Part shown: positions 20,601 to 35,976 of the stretch, one piece after another | Numbering within the stretch: the stretch's first letter is position 1 | How the letters are laid out: each line of letters starts with the position of its first letter | NCBI RefSeq assembly: GCF_006345805.1 | Contig: NC_042999.1 | Coordinates: 125,488,001 to 125,552,000 of the forward strand | Direction: 5' to 3' | Origin: Octopus sinensis | Taxonomy: Eukaryota | DNA length: 64,000 bases | Made by a program: the position numbers and the translations under genes | Notes under the pieces: generated by a model | What the model was told of the DNA's origin: nothing | Databases searched by the model: none | What the model saw: the letters and a program-made list of their open reading frames with translations, nothing else

Positions 20601-23600
20601 ACAATTTGACCATTGTTTATGAAACAGAGTAGATACCAACATATCATACAGCACCTTCAAGAGAGTCACTGTTTTAAGGCAACTAGATAAACAGGAACCA
20701 AATGGTTATACAAAGAAATTTGTAGCTAACTGTTTATGTGTTAACTTTGCACATAAAAAATTTCTAATTTTGTATAGAAACAAATTTTCTGAAGAATAAG
20801 AAAAATTTTAAGCAATATCAAAATACCGTGAACAATAAGCACAGAAAATATTAAAACAACAAAATAGATAAGTGAGAAAAAAAAATTACACAAGCTACAA
20901 TTAAATCTGGCAATTACCATAGCATCATAGCAAAAATAGATATAAAGAAAGAAATATTTTGTTTAACTGACTGTAAAGGAATCAGAAAAATTCCAAGTAC
21001 TAATCTACAAAACAGTAATCCAACATTTATTTTTGAAAATATCACAACTTAAAAAAAAAAAAGTCAAACTGGTATCTACATAATTATGTAATTCAAAATT
21101 CATAAAGATTTCCCATCATTTTATTTTCAGACCAGAGACAAACTAGCTGTTGATATAAGTAGTAAAAACATTTGAAGGAAGGCCAAAAAGCTACAATGTA
21201 TTTATCCTAGCAGATGCAAAAATAAATATTAAAACCTTTAAAGAAATTGATGAAGTTAATGTAAAAGATTATGTAGTTTGACAATATTTAGTTTAAATAC
21301 AAATATAATTGTTTTGGTCTCACTTTAAGAATTGATAAGTATTATGTTGGTATATATAAAAAAACAAAAAAAACAGCAGTTTGATGAAAATGTCTTAAAA
21401 TAAAAAAAAACCCAGAGATTTAATATCAGAAATTTGATTAAAGAAAGGCTACAAGAACTGAAAGAATGGACAAAATATGTGACTAAAACGTGATAATAAT
21501 AGAGAATTCAACTAGAAACCACAAACTTAATTAGCAATGGGTAGAAGAAGCTTAATAAATTAAAATTAAATATTAACTCATTCTGTTTACAACTAGATAT
21601 ACCACCAATGCCAAGAAACTGATATGTTATGATATGCAATTAACAAGGAAATCATCTAAGATTAAATATGGAGATATTTATATCAACAAAACTTGTTTCC
21701 AACAAAAATGCAAAACCTTCAAACAAAGAATCTAACAAGTGAAACAGGACTACTAATTGACTATTAATGCTCTCATTCTCCCGGTTGAGATGAAAACAGC
21801 AGTGTTCAGAACTGAAGATATTCAAGTGAATAGTTTTAAAACCAGTTTTGTGAAAGGTAATTCAGAACTCGACACAAAATCTGAGATTAGTTAGCTGTAC
21901 ATAGTAATATCATCTAATACAGAGTATTTAAAATGCTATAATACTATTCCAGAAGTTTTTTTAAATGTAGTTACATAATTTTAAGAATAACTAAAAAAAT
22001 AAATACACCAAGTATACAAATTTGAAAAGTTTGCCATATGCTGCTGCTAATAATAATAATGAGAGTAAACAATAAAAAATTAAAAAATACTTATTTCAAA
22101 TAACATGTGGATCTTGATATAAATAATCCATAAAACTAAAAAACTGAAGGATGGTCATAGATAAAGAATAATAGTTGGAATGAAAGAAAATATAAACATT
22201 ATTTGGTTCAGCCAGCACATAATGTTGGAAAATAAATTAGCAAGGTATATTCCAACATTATTAAATGGATTATCAAGAATCTAATAGCTACAAAAATACA
22301 TTTTATGAAAAATATAAACTTGCTTACAAACACATTTTAAAATTACCCAAATTGCACTATTGAAGATTTATTTACAATGCATTCAACTGGGTACCAAATG
22401 TTTAAGTTGCATGCTAGTAGTAAAAGATGAGATATGCAAAAAAAAACTTAATGCAATGTAATGTTTGTGTTAAAATGTGAATTTACTAAAAAAATAATAA
22501 AAATGAAAACTAAATGACTAAACTGTAATTACCAGTTTGCTGCAATTTTCCTTTTTAAACAATGAATAGATTAAATAAGTCAAGGCAAGAGAGAGAAACA
22601 TTTGAAAATGGTTTGGAAAGGACACACTATTCAGAAACATACTGATAGCAGTATTTTATTGATAGCTTGTTATGGACTGATTTAAGGCTCTTTATTATAA
22701 AGTGTAATGAAAGAGATGAATTGTTGTTCAGTTTAAACAAGACTGCCTGTTATAAAATATGAAAGTAGCAGAGGGAGACAAATTTAAATTATCTTTTTAA
22801 AATTATTTGAACTTGATCATTGCCTTTTTTTTTTTTTAGTTAGAATAATGATAAAAATAGCAAACTGTTCTTGAAATAAAAAAAGCTAAACTAATAGCAT
22901 TTTTTTCATGAAATTTTGATTTTCATATAACTTAAATTTTCAAAAGTTAAATCATTTTCTTCTTTAGAGAGCTATCTATTAATAAAAATGAACTGTATAA
23001 AAGAGGGTACGACTCACAACCAACTGAATTCAGAAAGGCTGTTAAATTCATATTTTAAAAGGATGTTGTAAAATGGTGATGAAATCTTCTAGAGATTTCC
23101 TTTGTGACAAGATATCTGTGGTTACAGATGAAGTTACCACAATTTATTAGATAATTTAGAGCTTAACAGACCTCCAAAACATTAGAGGAAGAATTTGTCA
23201 TTAATTTTAAAAGTTGCTCAATTTTTATATATGTGTAATAAGAGTGATATTCCAGCTGTCAGGATACCTTTTTTATAAGAACACAAAGCAATAAATATTT
23301 ATAATTCGACAAGCATTAACAAAAAAATAATCTGCAACAGAGTGATATAAATATAAAAGCAGAATACTTAATAGTGCTAAGTTTTACAATATTTAAAAAA
23401 ATATTAACTGGTAATAATAATGATTTATAACAAAAGCAAAATATTTTAAACTAATCTAATATTTTCCAAGATAAAATAAGTGCTACATACATACAGGATA
23501 TTTCTTTCAATGAACATAAATAATTAAGCAACAAAAATTTACCGTAAAATAATGAAATATAATAATACTAAAAAATAAAGATAACAGCAAAACTAAAGGG

Positions 23601-24627
23601 CCAATTCAAAAATTGGGTAAAGCTTAACAAATGTTAATAAAAATTGTAGGTATTTCTAAAAGCTGGATAAAATGATTAGAGTAGAATTTCTACACATTTA
23701 TGTAAGATATTTTTATCATTAACCTAGCATTCATAGAAATAGATAAAATATCTTATTAAGAAATACTATCATATTACATCCGTAAGATATTTTAAAAGTC
23801 AAAATTTTCTACATAGAAAAATTTACAAGCAAAAGACAATGTTAGTGCATTCTTCTGGCTTAAATAAATACATAATTAGGAAATGGTGTTTTTGTTTTTC
23901 TTTTCTGTAATAAATAATTTAAGAAATTATAGCATATTATATTGATATACATAATATGTTAATGCAAAGATATCCTGATAACTACATTATTATAGAAAAA
24001 GTTTTAAAGTCCAGAAAGTTTATCACAACGAGATTAATTCATAGTAAAATTAAATGAAATTCTGAAAGAAAAATCAAATCTTTAAAATTATTCTATAATA
24101 AACAGCTCATTAGTTTCTAATACTAAATTTAGATATAATAATTCTACATAGACAATGTTGTATTGGCCTTATTTTACGGAATTTTATCTCCCACTAATAG
24201 ATTAGAAATTGAATTTTCTCTCTCTAAATAAGACAATTACTTATGCACTAACTAAATCAAAAATTAAATTTAAAAACCTTGTCTAAAAAAAGAGAAGATA
24301 TTAATCAAATATATTATACTTCTTTTATTGCAAAGAAAAACTGTTCAAGAAAATCTAAAGAGAACATTATTTTTAATTTAGAGAAAAGGTACTTTGTCAG
24401 ATTAATTATTTTAAAGAAAACTAGTAATTTTAACAAGACCAGTAATTTTAAACTAGTAATCTCTAATACACAATTTCAAAAATAACTTACTACTAAGCTT
24501 GAAAATAGTACTACTAAGCACTATTTCACAGTGGGTGTTTAATTACGTAGCTCCAGTAGTTTTATTTTAGAAAACAAATTAATTTTTTATAATTCCTCTA
24601 GTCAGCCAAATAGACAAACAGCATTCT

Positions 24628-24629
24628 AC

Positions 24630-24695
<66 letters not shown>
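24628..24695. repeat. (TA)n microsatellite
   Basis: About 33 TA units with one interruption. Confidence 0.95.
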
Positions 24696-24699
<4 letters not shown>

Positions 24700-27600
24700 A
24701 AGAGCTAAGATGAAGATATAAATATGGATATAAGGTGAACTTTCTCTTATGGAGTTATATACACAATGTATATGTTGAAATTTGTGAGTCTAGAATTATA
24801 AAATGCTTTAACTTTAATGAAAAAAAATGTAGAACTGTGGTTCATTTATATGTGTATTTACCATAGAAAATGTTTTCATTCTACATTATTCTTTTAATGA
24901 ATGGATTTATTATGGCCAGGTCCCAACCCGGGCCAAATGAATATGGATTTTTGTTTTCTTTGAAAGTGATTAAATCTCTTACAAATATTCTAAATTGTAA
25001 TAGAGTTATACATAAAATGCTGAAAAAGTTGGTCATGGTACCTGAATCAAGTCTACAATTTTAATAGACAAGAAGAAGAAAAAAAAAATCAAGAGAAGCT
25101 ATAGAATATGCAAATTATATAATGAATAACATTTCTGAAATTTTAGATGACCAAAATAAATTAGAATTTAAAAGAAAAAAAGAAATTATGCATACAAATT
25201 TGTTTTTAAAAATTGTAATATTTTTGTAACTATGGAAGTTTTCATCAGAATACTGAAAATAACCAAAAGCCAACTAAAGCCTCTGAGTAGGTTATGACAG
25301 TATGAAAAGGCATATAAAATGTATTGTTGAAAAGCTCTCAATTTCAAACAGATGACTCGACTATGTCGAAAAAACAAACACACATAATATTTTATTAGCT
25401 TGCTATCATCACATAGACCTGACTGAATTTCCAAAGAGCTATGACATCGGGTTGGTGGTATTGTGACATTTATAGCAAGCTTTACAATTGTTTTAATTTT
25501 GAAGCCAAATTGTAAATTGTCTTATTTTACTTCATTAGAGATTCTTTTGCTCACATTTAAATATACAAATCACAAATATATTCAAATATCCACTTTATGG
25601 CCTATGGTGGGAATGAAAGCTAGAGGTGATAAATACTAAAATAAGCTTTGTGCTCAACTTGGCAGTAACATGAAAAATATAAAGAAAACTAATTCTTTGA
25701 AAGTGTTTTGAATAAATTACAAGGTATTTTTAATGAGTGATTTCATTTTAGCATTGTCCACAACTTTGTTTTTCTGGAGTAAATCTTAAGAGTGATAAAC
25801 AGGAAGAAAGTTGTAGTTTTCTTAGAAAAATAGGAGTCTTTTTAATGAATTTGACTATAGAATATGACTGAAAATAAAAGATGAAATAAACATCACTAAG
25901 ATGTGCAGTGCCTAAACCCCAAATTTTTAAATACAATTATGATTTTCTAGTTATATCAAAAATAAGCAAAAAATTGCATATAACTGTATGCAAATATAGT
26001 TGATTATAATATTTAAAGTTCAAAATAAATATATTTTCCAATTCAACTTCAATGAATAAGCAACACAATGCATTAAATAACATGCTTCAAATGCTTACAG
26101 CATGCCTACCTTATAGGTCAAAAGAGTTAGTGAGGGAGGGAACAAATTAAAATATATCAGTATTATGACTAGAAAATCATAACAAAATGTGGGGTTAACT
26201 GGAACTCAAGTTTAATACAATTGCAGGTTATTCAATATTTAAACAGCCCAATGTCAGTAGAGAATATAAGTTTAAATAACATGATACAATCACAATTGTT
26301 TCAAATTTTAGTGAATCTGAATGTCAGAAACTATTAATTACAACAATCAAACAAAGCAATAGCTCTGAGATATAGATAAAGAGAAACTGATCAAATAAAA
26401 TTTATCAATAGAATACATCAGTTTCTAATAAATATTTTTTTTAAAAAGCATTTTAAATAGCAGATACACAAATTTGGTCCTTCTCATAATATTAACAATT
26501 TCATTTTGGAAAAAAAATCAAAAAAAAAAGAAAGAAAGAAAGAAAAATCCCAAAACAGGTTTAATCAAAGCATTTGCACCTAGAGGTTATCCTAAGCTAT
26601 AGACTTACTAAAATTCAAGAGTGAAATACCAGAACACAATACAATTCAAATGCAAAAGAACCCATATCATATTCAAAGAAATGGAGAGAAAAAATAAAAG
26701 GCTAAATGAAATCTATTTTTCTCTCAGCTTAATCTGTCTCTGCAACAAAGCTGCTACATTAAAGAATTTTCTGGTAGCCCAACTATAACTGAAATAACAT
26801 TAACAATCCAACCAAAAATTCCCTATTCCCTTTATATACAAACAGCAACTAAAGACAGATTTCTGCTTCACTATCTAACATCAGCTTAATGCAGAGAGTA
26901 ATAAATAAACAAATCCAGTTGTACGGATATTATAGACTTCTAAGTTATCCTATAGCAAAGTTTCCACTTGCATAGATCATATTGGTGTTAATTGTCTTTT
27001 ACACAACTAAATGTAATGATTAACTAATACAAAACATTGCTTGAAACACTTAACCTTATAAAATTTAAGAAAAAAAAAATGTTTAAATGTTTGAAATCTA
27101 ATTTCAGTTAAGTAATTCAAAATTTAACAATACAGAAGGGAAAATATCAGAACAAAACAAAACTCAAAGAATTTACAAATAGGTAAGCCATTTCCATATA
27201 TTTTTAATATATAAGCTTGAACATTAGTTTACAAGCCATATTTTTACATTTGAATCAGCTATTGTCCTATTGTTTCATTGAGTATCAGATCAAAATTCCA
27301 TTCAATCTTTTACTGTTTCTTTAATTTTTGACAAAATGTAAAATTTTAAAGAAAAAAAAACAACCTTTAGAATGAGCCCATCTAATAGGAAGCAATGTCA
27401 TAAGAACAAGAGATATATTTGACAGTTAAAGAAATTTTAAATGTAAATAGTATTTTTTTTTTAAATGTAATGCTCACAAAATCATCAAAATGTCAACTCT
27501 ATAGCTATGATGTCTTAGAAATACTTGTTTTTTGATAAAGTGGTAAAACTTTATTATAAACACATTTAATGAGAGAGACATGATAATTATGATAGAAATA

Positions 27601-29293
27601 GTAATAAAAATTAAATCAAATAAATCAAATTTTTAGAGATTCTTAAATAGCTTTTCCTAACTAAATGTAAAGAAATTTCCTAAAAGTGTTAGGCAGCTTC
27701 AAACAATTAAATACATCTATTAGCATTAAAAAATTAAATAAAATTGAAGTGAAAGTATAATACCAAAGAAGAATGTAAAACAGGAAATGGAATATTTGAT
27801 ATCTAGGTAGAGTTGTTAAATAGATAATACACTAAATACGGTAAGACATTTCAAACAATTTTGAAAGCAAATGCAACTAGAATATGACATATTCAATAAA
27901 TAAAAACTTTAAATTACATTTTAAAAAAATGTAAAGAAATATTTTACAATGTTTTTTAAATTTTAAGCAAGAGTTAATAAAATAACAACAGATCTGTATT
28001 CAATAATTTTTGAAAGTATTAAAAGTTGCCTTATGATAAATATCTCAGCTAGATACTACCATAGATTTCAAATGTTTTGTTTTAAGACTGTAAATCTATA
28101 TCAGTCAGATAAAAATTGTCATCCATTAAGCCAGTGTTATTACAAATTGGAATGTCAATTAAACTCCAGTAGAGAATAGAGAACACTGAACATTTGTGAA
28201 TGAATTTAAATGTAAAAAAAGTGTGCATTTGATATTTCAGTGTCTTTGATGCATTTTTTTTTAAATATAACAGTGCACATGTCTGTTTGAATTGTTTGAA
28301 TACAATCTCTAACACATGTTATAGAAGAAAAATAAACATATAAGGATACACAATAATATGTGTAAATTATACTTTGATAGTGAATAAGATTTTCAGGCTT
28401 CATCATGTTCTTTTCCACTTACAAAATATACTCTTAATATTAAAACAATTACTTTCCATTAAAAAAAAAATATATAAAGGATATGAATGTTAGAGTTTTC
28501 AGAAAAATATGCTGTGCTGAAAAAAAGAGCAAGGGTGGGGAATCAGGAATTGCCACAATTTTTATAAATAATAGAGAAAAAAAACCATCAAGGGAAAGTA
28601 CACATCTCTAAATAGATGCCTTAAGAATTTTTAGACAGGGAAAAAAATTTGATGTCTATTATAATCATATCAATAATAATAATCATATTATTATGATTAT
28701 TACAGACAGTAAATACTTAAAACCTAAATTAACAGAAGAAATAATAGGCTTCCATTCAGTAAGTTTTAGGACCCTTATTTCTCAAAAGAATTTTTGTGCT
28801 AGCTTATAATAATTAACTCCCGCATAATCCAGAATGTTTAAAAGAAAAATTCAAAGTTGATTTTCATGAGAATGTATTGAATAAGTTGTCAGAAACAAAT
28901 TAAATAAAACCAATATAAAATCAATATTTAAAACACTGTCATGGTGTTCACAGATTTGATAATTTATCAAAACAATATCACAGTAAAAATAAATGACTAG
29001 TAAAAAAAAAAATTCTGAATACATTTTCATTTGAATCAATTTCAACTCTGAAATCTAGGTTTGAAGTTTGTTGTATATTTGATATTTTAGGCAGATTCTA
29101 AAATTAAAGAAAAATTTAAATAAGTTTAAATCATGTAATTGATATTTTAAAACCAAAATTTTGAAAAAAGATTAATATTCAAAATTTTAAAAACATGTTT
29201 TTTTAAATGTGTTTATTTATTGTTGTTATTTAGAAATGTGTCAATTCCCAAGACCTGAAGCAAATAAGCCCTTTGAGTGAGCAGCTATTCCCT

Positions 29294-29622
29294 TTAAGAG
29301 GCATTTGGTACTGGATTTGTGGTAAGAGAAACAGATTTATGAAGACCCGACATGGAGTTGGATGGAACTCTAATACTGTTACTGAAAGCATTTTTCAGTT
29401 GCAGCATTTGTAAATTTACAGCTGTTTTATTGACTATATTGTTCATCTTTCTATCACCAGCAGAACTAAAGTCATTGGAGAAGTATTGTGGTTGCTCAAT
29501 TATTCCATTTTTAGAAATTATTGAGTTGTTTCCAGCAATCTGGAGAGCACACCAACAGGTTGTTCGAGCCTTTCTAGTAAGTAGAGTTAGCTCACGAATG
29601 CTAGCAGCAAGTGCAAGAATAT
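29294..29622 (-). CDS. MEIOC: MEIOC terminal coding exon
   Basis: Acceptor ttttAG (plus CT at 29623-29624), phase 1. (D)ILALAASIRELTLLTRKARTTCWCALQIAGNNS...PVPNAS then TAA at 29294-29296. Matches human MEIOC [28 protein letters not shown] (recalled). Confidence 0.92.
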
Positions 29623-32309
29623 CTAAAAATAAGAATTAGAAAAAGAGAGACATTTATTTATTGGTAAGTCCCAAAAATATAAACATTATGAACACAATTT
29701 TTAAAACTATGAAGAAGTTAACAAGAACTTAGGTCTGATCAAGAATAAGGAACAAGAAGTTTTGTGGGGCTTTTTTTTTTTTAGAGATGAGTAATAGTAA
29801 TTAACTATTTGAGTGACATGTTAGCTGAAAATCAAGCATTCATGTCAAGAAGATACATTTTTTTAGCATCTTCAGAGATAGACATGTCTTGTGTATTGAA
29901 ACAGATAATTTCTATAATGAACTTACATTCAATTGGTGAGAAAATTATTATTGATTTTGAGTAGAGTATTTAGATTGAAGTTATGATCATTGATCCATTT
30001 TTTAATGATTATAATCACTGGTAGATCTATCTACTATGCTACTGCATTATAAATAAAATTATTTTACTTAGCTTCTATTTCATTGGTCAGCATTAGGGTG
30101 TTATAAATAGAAACACTCCAACACCAATAAGCAAGTGTTCAATGTAAATGTGAAAAAGCTTAAAATATGGTTTCGAAATTAAACTGAAACACTATATAAA
30201 AATTATCTTCAATTAAATAGAGTTAAATAAATAAGAGCACAAGTCAAAAATGATTGATTACAATTCTAAATCATTGGCTTAAGAGAGTGACTCATTGAAT
30301 TTCAGCTCACTCTAACATATTGATCAAAAACTAAATGGTAAATAAAATTGTAATGATGGTCAGCTAAGTATATAGGCCCTGGTCAGCAAAGAGTGAGCAG
30401 ACCTATGACCAAAAGGTATTACTATCATGAATGTTCCATCTTTTTCGCAAAATGTATATCTAGGACTAAATTATTTTAAAAACAATATAGTGTAATTTTG
30501 AGAGTGATTTGGCTGTTATTACTAGCAAGTAGTGTGACTGTTGACCTGTGCCAATGCTTTTTAACTGATGTCTATCTTAAGATTTCTCTTAAAAGAGTGA
30601 CTCTTAAATTATAATAAAAGCCATTGATCTAAGAGAGTAATCACACTGAAAACCTTTATACTACTGAGTAAAGACAATGTTAAAAAATGTCCATTGTATA
30701 AGTTAGTATTAGAATTATAAATTTTATATACATTTGTTTTACATGAAATAGAAAGAGAGAAAAGAATACCACAGCACAAAACAAATTGTTATGGTACTAA
30801 TATATAAAAAAAAAACATTTCCACTCTTGATACAAGTAAATGGACATCATATACCTCAGATTGCAACAGAAAGCAAATATTGATCTAAGTTGAGAAAATG
30901 TCTCTTAAAAAAATCCACAGAATTAAAAATAGATTATGTAAACAACTTAGATTGATTGACTGATATAGATATTTAACTTTCTTCTATGATAATTTCAAAA
31001 ATATTTCAACTATTCCATATTTTCTTTGTAAATCACAACTTATTTCTATTTGACTAATTTGATTCTGTTGCGTAGTATGAGTTAGATACCGAAATAGTCT
31101 ATTAGTTACTTTTCTTTAAAAAAACCTTCAAGTTGTTCACATTTTCACTCATTCATTTTATACCTGTTGTTCTATGTTAGCATTGGATAGATGGGGAATA
31201 TTTATGGCCAGATGCTCTTCTTGTCACAACCTTTTCCTGTTTTATAAGTAAAGGAGATTTTATTCCACTGCTTTGGAAGCACAGAGCTGCAGAATAATGT
31301 CTACTAGGAATACAAATACATTTTATTTTGCTCAATCTCATGAGGAAAATGTAAATGAACTTTCATGCATAAAAACACAACCCCTAAACATGGATTTCTA
31401 TGCCATTTCTGCCCATCAATTTCACTAAAGGCATTAATTGACCAGAAACAACAATAGAAGACACACATGGTGCTGCTTTGTGAAACTGAACATAAAACCA
31501 CATGGTTGTGACGTGGGCTTTTTAATCACACAACTGTGCCTGCACCTATATCTTACTATTAACTATAATAAAGATTTAACAATGAATTTGAAAGAAAGAA
31601 TTTTCAGTTGTGAGATACTATTACAATATTTTAGGAAAGGTATTTGCATTATCCAGTACACCAGCAATTAGAACCTTATTGCTTATAAATATATGCCATA
31701 TAATATTTTGAAAAGCACATTCACCATTGTTATTTTCATTGTCCACTTTCCAACTTACTAGCATGGAGCAGACGGATATCCTCAGTGATTTTTCTTCATT
31801 CATTTTTATCCTTTAAATCCATGAGTGGATGGTTATAACTAGTTGCTTTTCTTCATCTATTATCCTTTAAATCTACATCTCCCACATATACATTATATAG
31901 CCAATGGGTTATGTTTTACATATTCGTGTTTATCATTGAAAATCTATATATTGTACAATATTATTCACTATCTCCAGCAAATCACCACTGGACTCCATTA
32001 TCTTTTGCCTTGAACTTCTCTTACTATCACAAGCACACAGAAACATGAAATGCATGCCTGAAATTCCACACACTGCTTAGACTCATAGTTGATTCACTAT
32101 GAGCATATCTGAAATCCCACACATTGAATCTACATAATAAATTACAGTTTACTATCCATTATTCTTAGTGAATATGAACAATTTGTTTTTAAATATATAA
32201 ACATATAAATATTTTGAATAAATTTAGTCAAATTTCCAGTGTTTATAAAAGGTATTTTTGAATTTAGTCAATATTTTAAAATCTTTTAGGTAATTCAACA
32301 TACACTTAC

Positions 32310-32490
32310 CATTGTCATCTTGATGTCTCGGCATTCCACTCTTGTATCTATTAGCAGCATTTATTATTTCCTCACTACGACAAGCTTGTACTTTACGTAT
32401 TCCTTCATACCATTTTTCCAAAGTTAAATGAATGTTAAGGTGAAGTAACGTATTTTTTAGTTTTTCCATTTTATCAATTAATGTTTTTAC
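32310..32490 (-). CDS. MEIOC: MEIOC coding exon (coiled-coil domain)
   Basis: tttcAG / GTaag, 181 nt, phase 0 to 1. VKTLIDKMEKLKNTLLHLNIHLTLEKWYEGIRKVQACRSEEIINAANRYKSGMPRHQDDN, versus human VVTLLGKMERLRSSLLHANIS...[24 protein letters not shown] (recalled). Confidence 0.93.
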
Positions 32491-32659
32491 CTGAAATAAA
32501 TTAGATTGGAAATTTCACAATAAGCATTCCTTTTGGTTTAAATATTTAATTTAGAAATATTCTCTTCTAATAGAATACATTGTATTGTATGAAATACTAA
32601 TAACTTTAAAACTAAAGCAAATCAAATCATACAAGTAATTTTTTAAAATGGCAAAACTA

Positions 32660-32839
<180 letters not shown>

Positions 32840-33161
32840 CTATAAATATGAGAAATAAGTGAGAAAAACAACAAATAAGAAAGGAATCAGCTAGGTACAC
32901 TAAAAATAATTATTTTTCATTAGTTCTAATTTGTTATATACTTGATACATGAATAACCGATTTAAGAATGTTTTAGTATTTACATTCATCTAATCAGAAC
33001 TAAGTGATTACACTTTTAATAATTTAATGATTAAAAATACATTACATAATCACCAAAATTAACACAAATGAGTTTGCAAGCAACAACAGAAAGTATCACC
33101 CATTAACTTAAAATCTATTTAATATTTGTTTTAAAGTAATTAGAAAACAGCAATGATTCTA

Positions 33162-33419
<258 letters not shown>

Positions 33420-34545
33420 TCAGTAACATTTGAAGATTAACTTTTTCTGCCTTACAATAATATTTTTACTTTAGCAGAAGGCCACAAAGTTATTGAGAAT
33501 AAAGAAGTTTAGTGAATTGAATTAGTTCCAATACATATTTATTACTAATTTTATTGAACCCAGAGGATTTGAACTATGACTGTAGAGGAATGGAACTGAC
33601 TATAGAAAGTTATTAAGCTCTTCATTCTATTGTTTCTGCCAGTCCCCATACTTGAGTTAGTATAATAATATTTTTTAACACAAAAACCAGACCAGAAATT
33701 TAGAGGGATCAGTCAATTATAATGACACTCAGTGCTTGACAGATATTTAGTTTATCAATCTTGAAAGGACTAAAGGCAATGATGATGATTATTATAAGGA
33801 ACTGAAAATGCAACAAGCAATCTCTCCAGTAACTTAAAGTTAATAGAGAAACTGTCCTAAAATATTTCCATGCTCCAGAATAGTTCAGGTGATGAACTTG
33901 CTACAGTCTTCTTTCTTCCTTATTTTTAACACATTGGATTAAGTAAAATAATATACTGGGTTAATTCAATTCAATAATCCAGTACCAATGTAAAAAGAAA
34001 AATACTATATTAAAAATGTCAGATTCAAGATATATGTTACTTCTGTATCATCTTAATTTTATATTTACTGGGTATTCTGCTTTCAAATAAATTAGCCTAA
34101 TTTGAGTAGAAGTGGACCATTATCTTAACCCATCAATAATTTTTTTTTCATTTTGCTTGATAATGAAATTATTTACTATTTGAGAAATTAATTTCGAAAT
34201 CATCATGTCAGTCTATATAAAAAATGGGCTGAGAATGATAGGTGGCTAATAATGAAGATTAAAATCCTTGAATTTAATGCAATTAATTTAATACAAGAGA
34301 GAAGCAATTAGGTTCTTAGCAATACTCTTTAAGAAAGTTAAGATCATAAAACTAATTACTAAAAGTTTCTATGTAGGTAAAAAAATATCTTTACAAGCAT
34401 TAATTTAGACAACAGTATAATTTGTATACTTCACATTTTGACAAAAGTCTTAAAACTTAGAACTGAGCTATGCCTTTATCAGCTTTCACCAAGCTTATTT
34501 ACATTTCTTTCCAGTTTCTTACTAAAAAAAATTGTCTTAACTTAC

Positions 34546-35976
34546 CTGTTGTGTCGATAGCCTGAATAAAGAGGATGAAATCCATATAAATAAGAAGGCA
34601 TGTCGTAAATTAGATCATTTGGACCAAAAAATGGAGGGAAATAGCTGAAATTTTCAAGTGGATAAACCTCATGGCCAAAGTTGCGTGGTGTTGGTACCAT
34701 TTGGTTTGTAGGTAGTGGAGGGGAGTATTTGAGAAATGATGGTTGCCCAATATGGTTATTGATAATACCCATATCATGCATATAAAAATCATCAGGGTAT
34801 TGTTGTAAATTATCTGGCCCAAGATCATTTTCTTCAGTTGGAGAGATTCCTCTTTGACGATAAAAGTCAGTAGATGATAAAGATGTTGGGCTATTAAATC
34901 TTTCCTGATTAAACTGATGGTGATCCATAGGCACAAAATCAGCTGCACATGGTGTAATATTTTCATGTCCGCCAGTATTTTTGGAGAAAGAAATATTTGA
35001 CCCAATGTTGGTTACGTTTCCATTACAGTGATCTAACAGTTTAGTTTGTAGAAGATGTTGCTTGTTGAGTGTAGCAGCAATCATTGCAATATTATTTTTA
35101 TGAGGGTATGAGTTTCGCCTTGGAATCTGATGTAAATTTTCAACATTATTAAAGCCACCATCAATAACATTAGGCAGAGAAGAATTTGACATGTTATGAC
35201 TACAAAATTTAGGCGGAATTCGACCATAAGAGATCTGATTGGGGATGGAAGAAATTTGCTGTTGCACAGGAATAGGAGGGGGTTGACATACAGAATTGTT
35301 TCTTTTGTGGAAACTAACATTTTGAGGCTTTGAATCACAATTGAAAGGTTCTCTTTCATGGCCAGAATTGATCTGAGTAGAAGGCATATGGAATGTCAAA
35401 TTGTTTTTATTGTTGAACGGATAAGTTTTCTCATTAACATTTACTGCAGAATCTTGCAAAGGTAAAACATGGCCATTAGATATAGGATAGGTTTTGTTGA
35501 CTGAAGAATCTACTCCAGGCGACTGTGGTGATTGAATGTTGCTGAAATCTCCCTGGAAATGAATGAGTGGACTCATTGGAGGCATATCTATTTGTGTGTT
35601 ATCACACTGTGAAGACTTGTTTTTAGAAAAATTAGAATTTGAGATGTTATGGACAATCTCAGAATCTGGAACCAAGTTATTGTTGTTCTGATTGTTGAAG
35701 TTTCCAAGAGATCTGGGAGTTGAAAAGCAAGGGTAAGTCAAAGAAGAAGCAATAGAAACAGAAGTATCAGTGAATAAAGGATCTTCAAAGCTAAAAGTAT
35801 CCTTGGCACTGAGGTAGGCATCTGATGATTTTGACTCTTGAAATAGAGATGAAGAATTAAATTTCTCATCCCAATGAGGTGACGTATTATGTTCAACATT
35901 CCCATAATCTGATTCAGTACTGGACCTTATTTGGTTGTTACAAGACCAGACACTTCCAAGTGACAAACCAGGAGAG
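34546..35976 (-). CDS. MEIOC: MEIOC large central exon (N/S/P/Q-rich, probably disordered)
   Basis: ttttttttcAG / GTaag, 1431 nt, phase 2-2. Contains the 474-aa ORF 34542-35966 and splices in frame to both neighbours. Confidence 0.9.
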
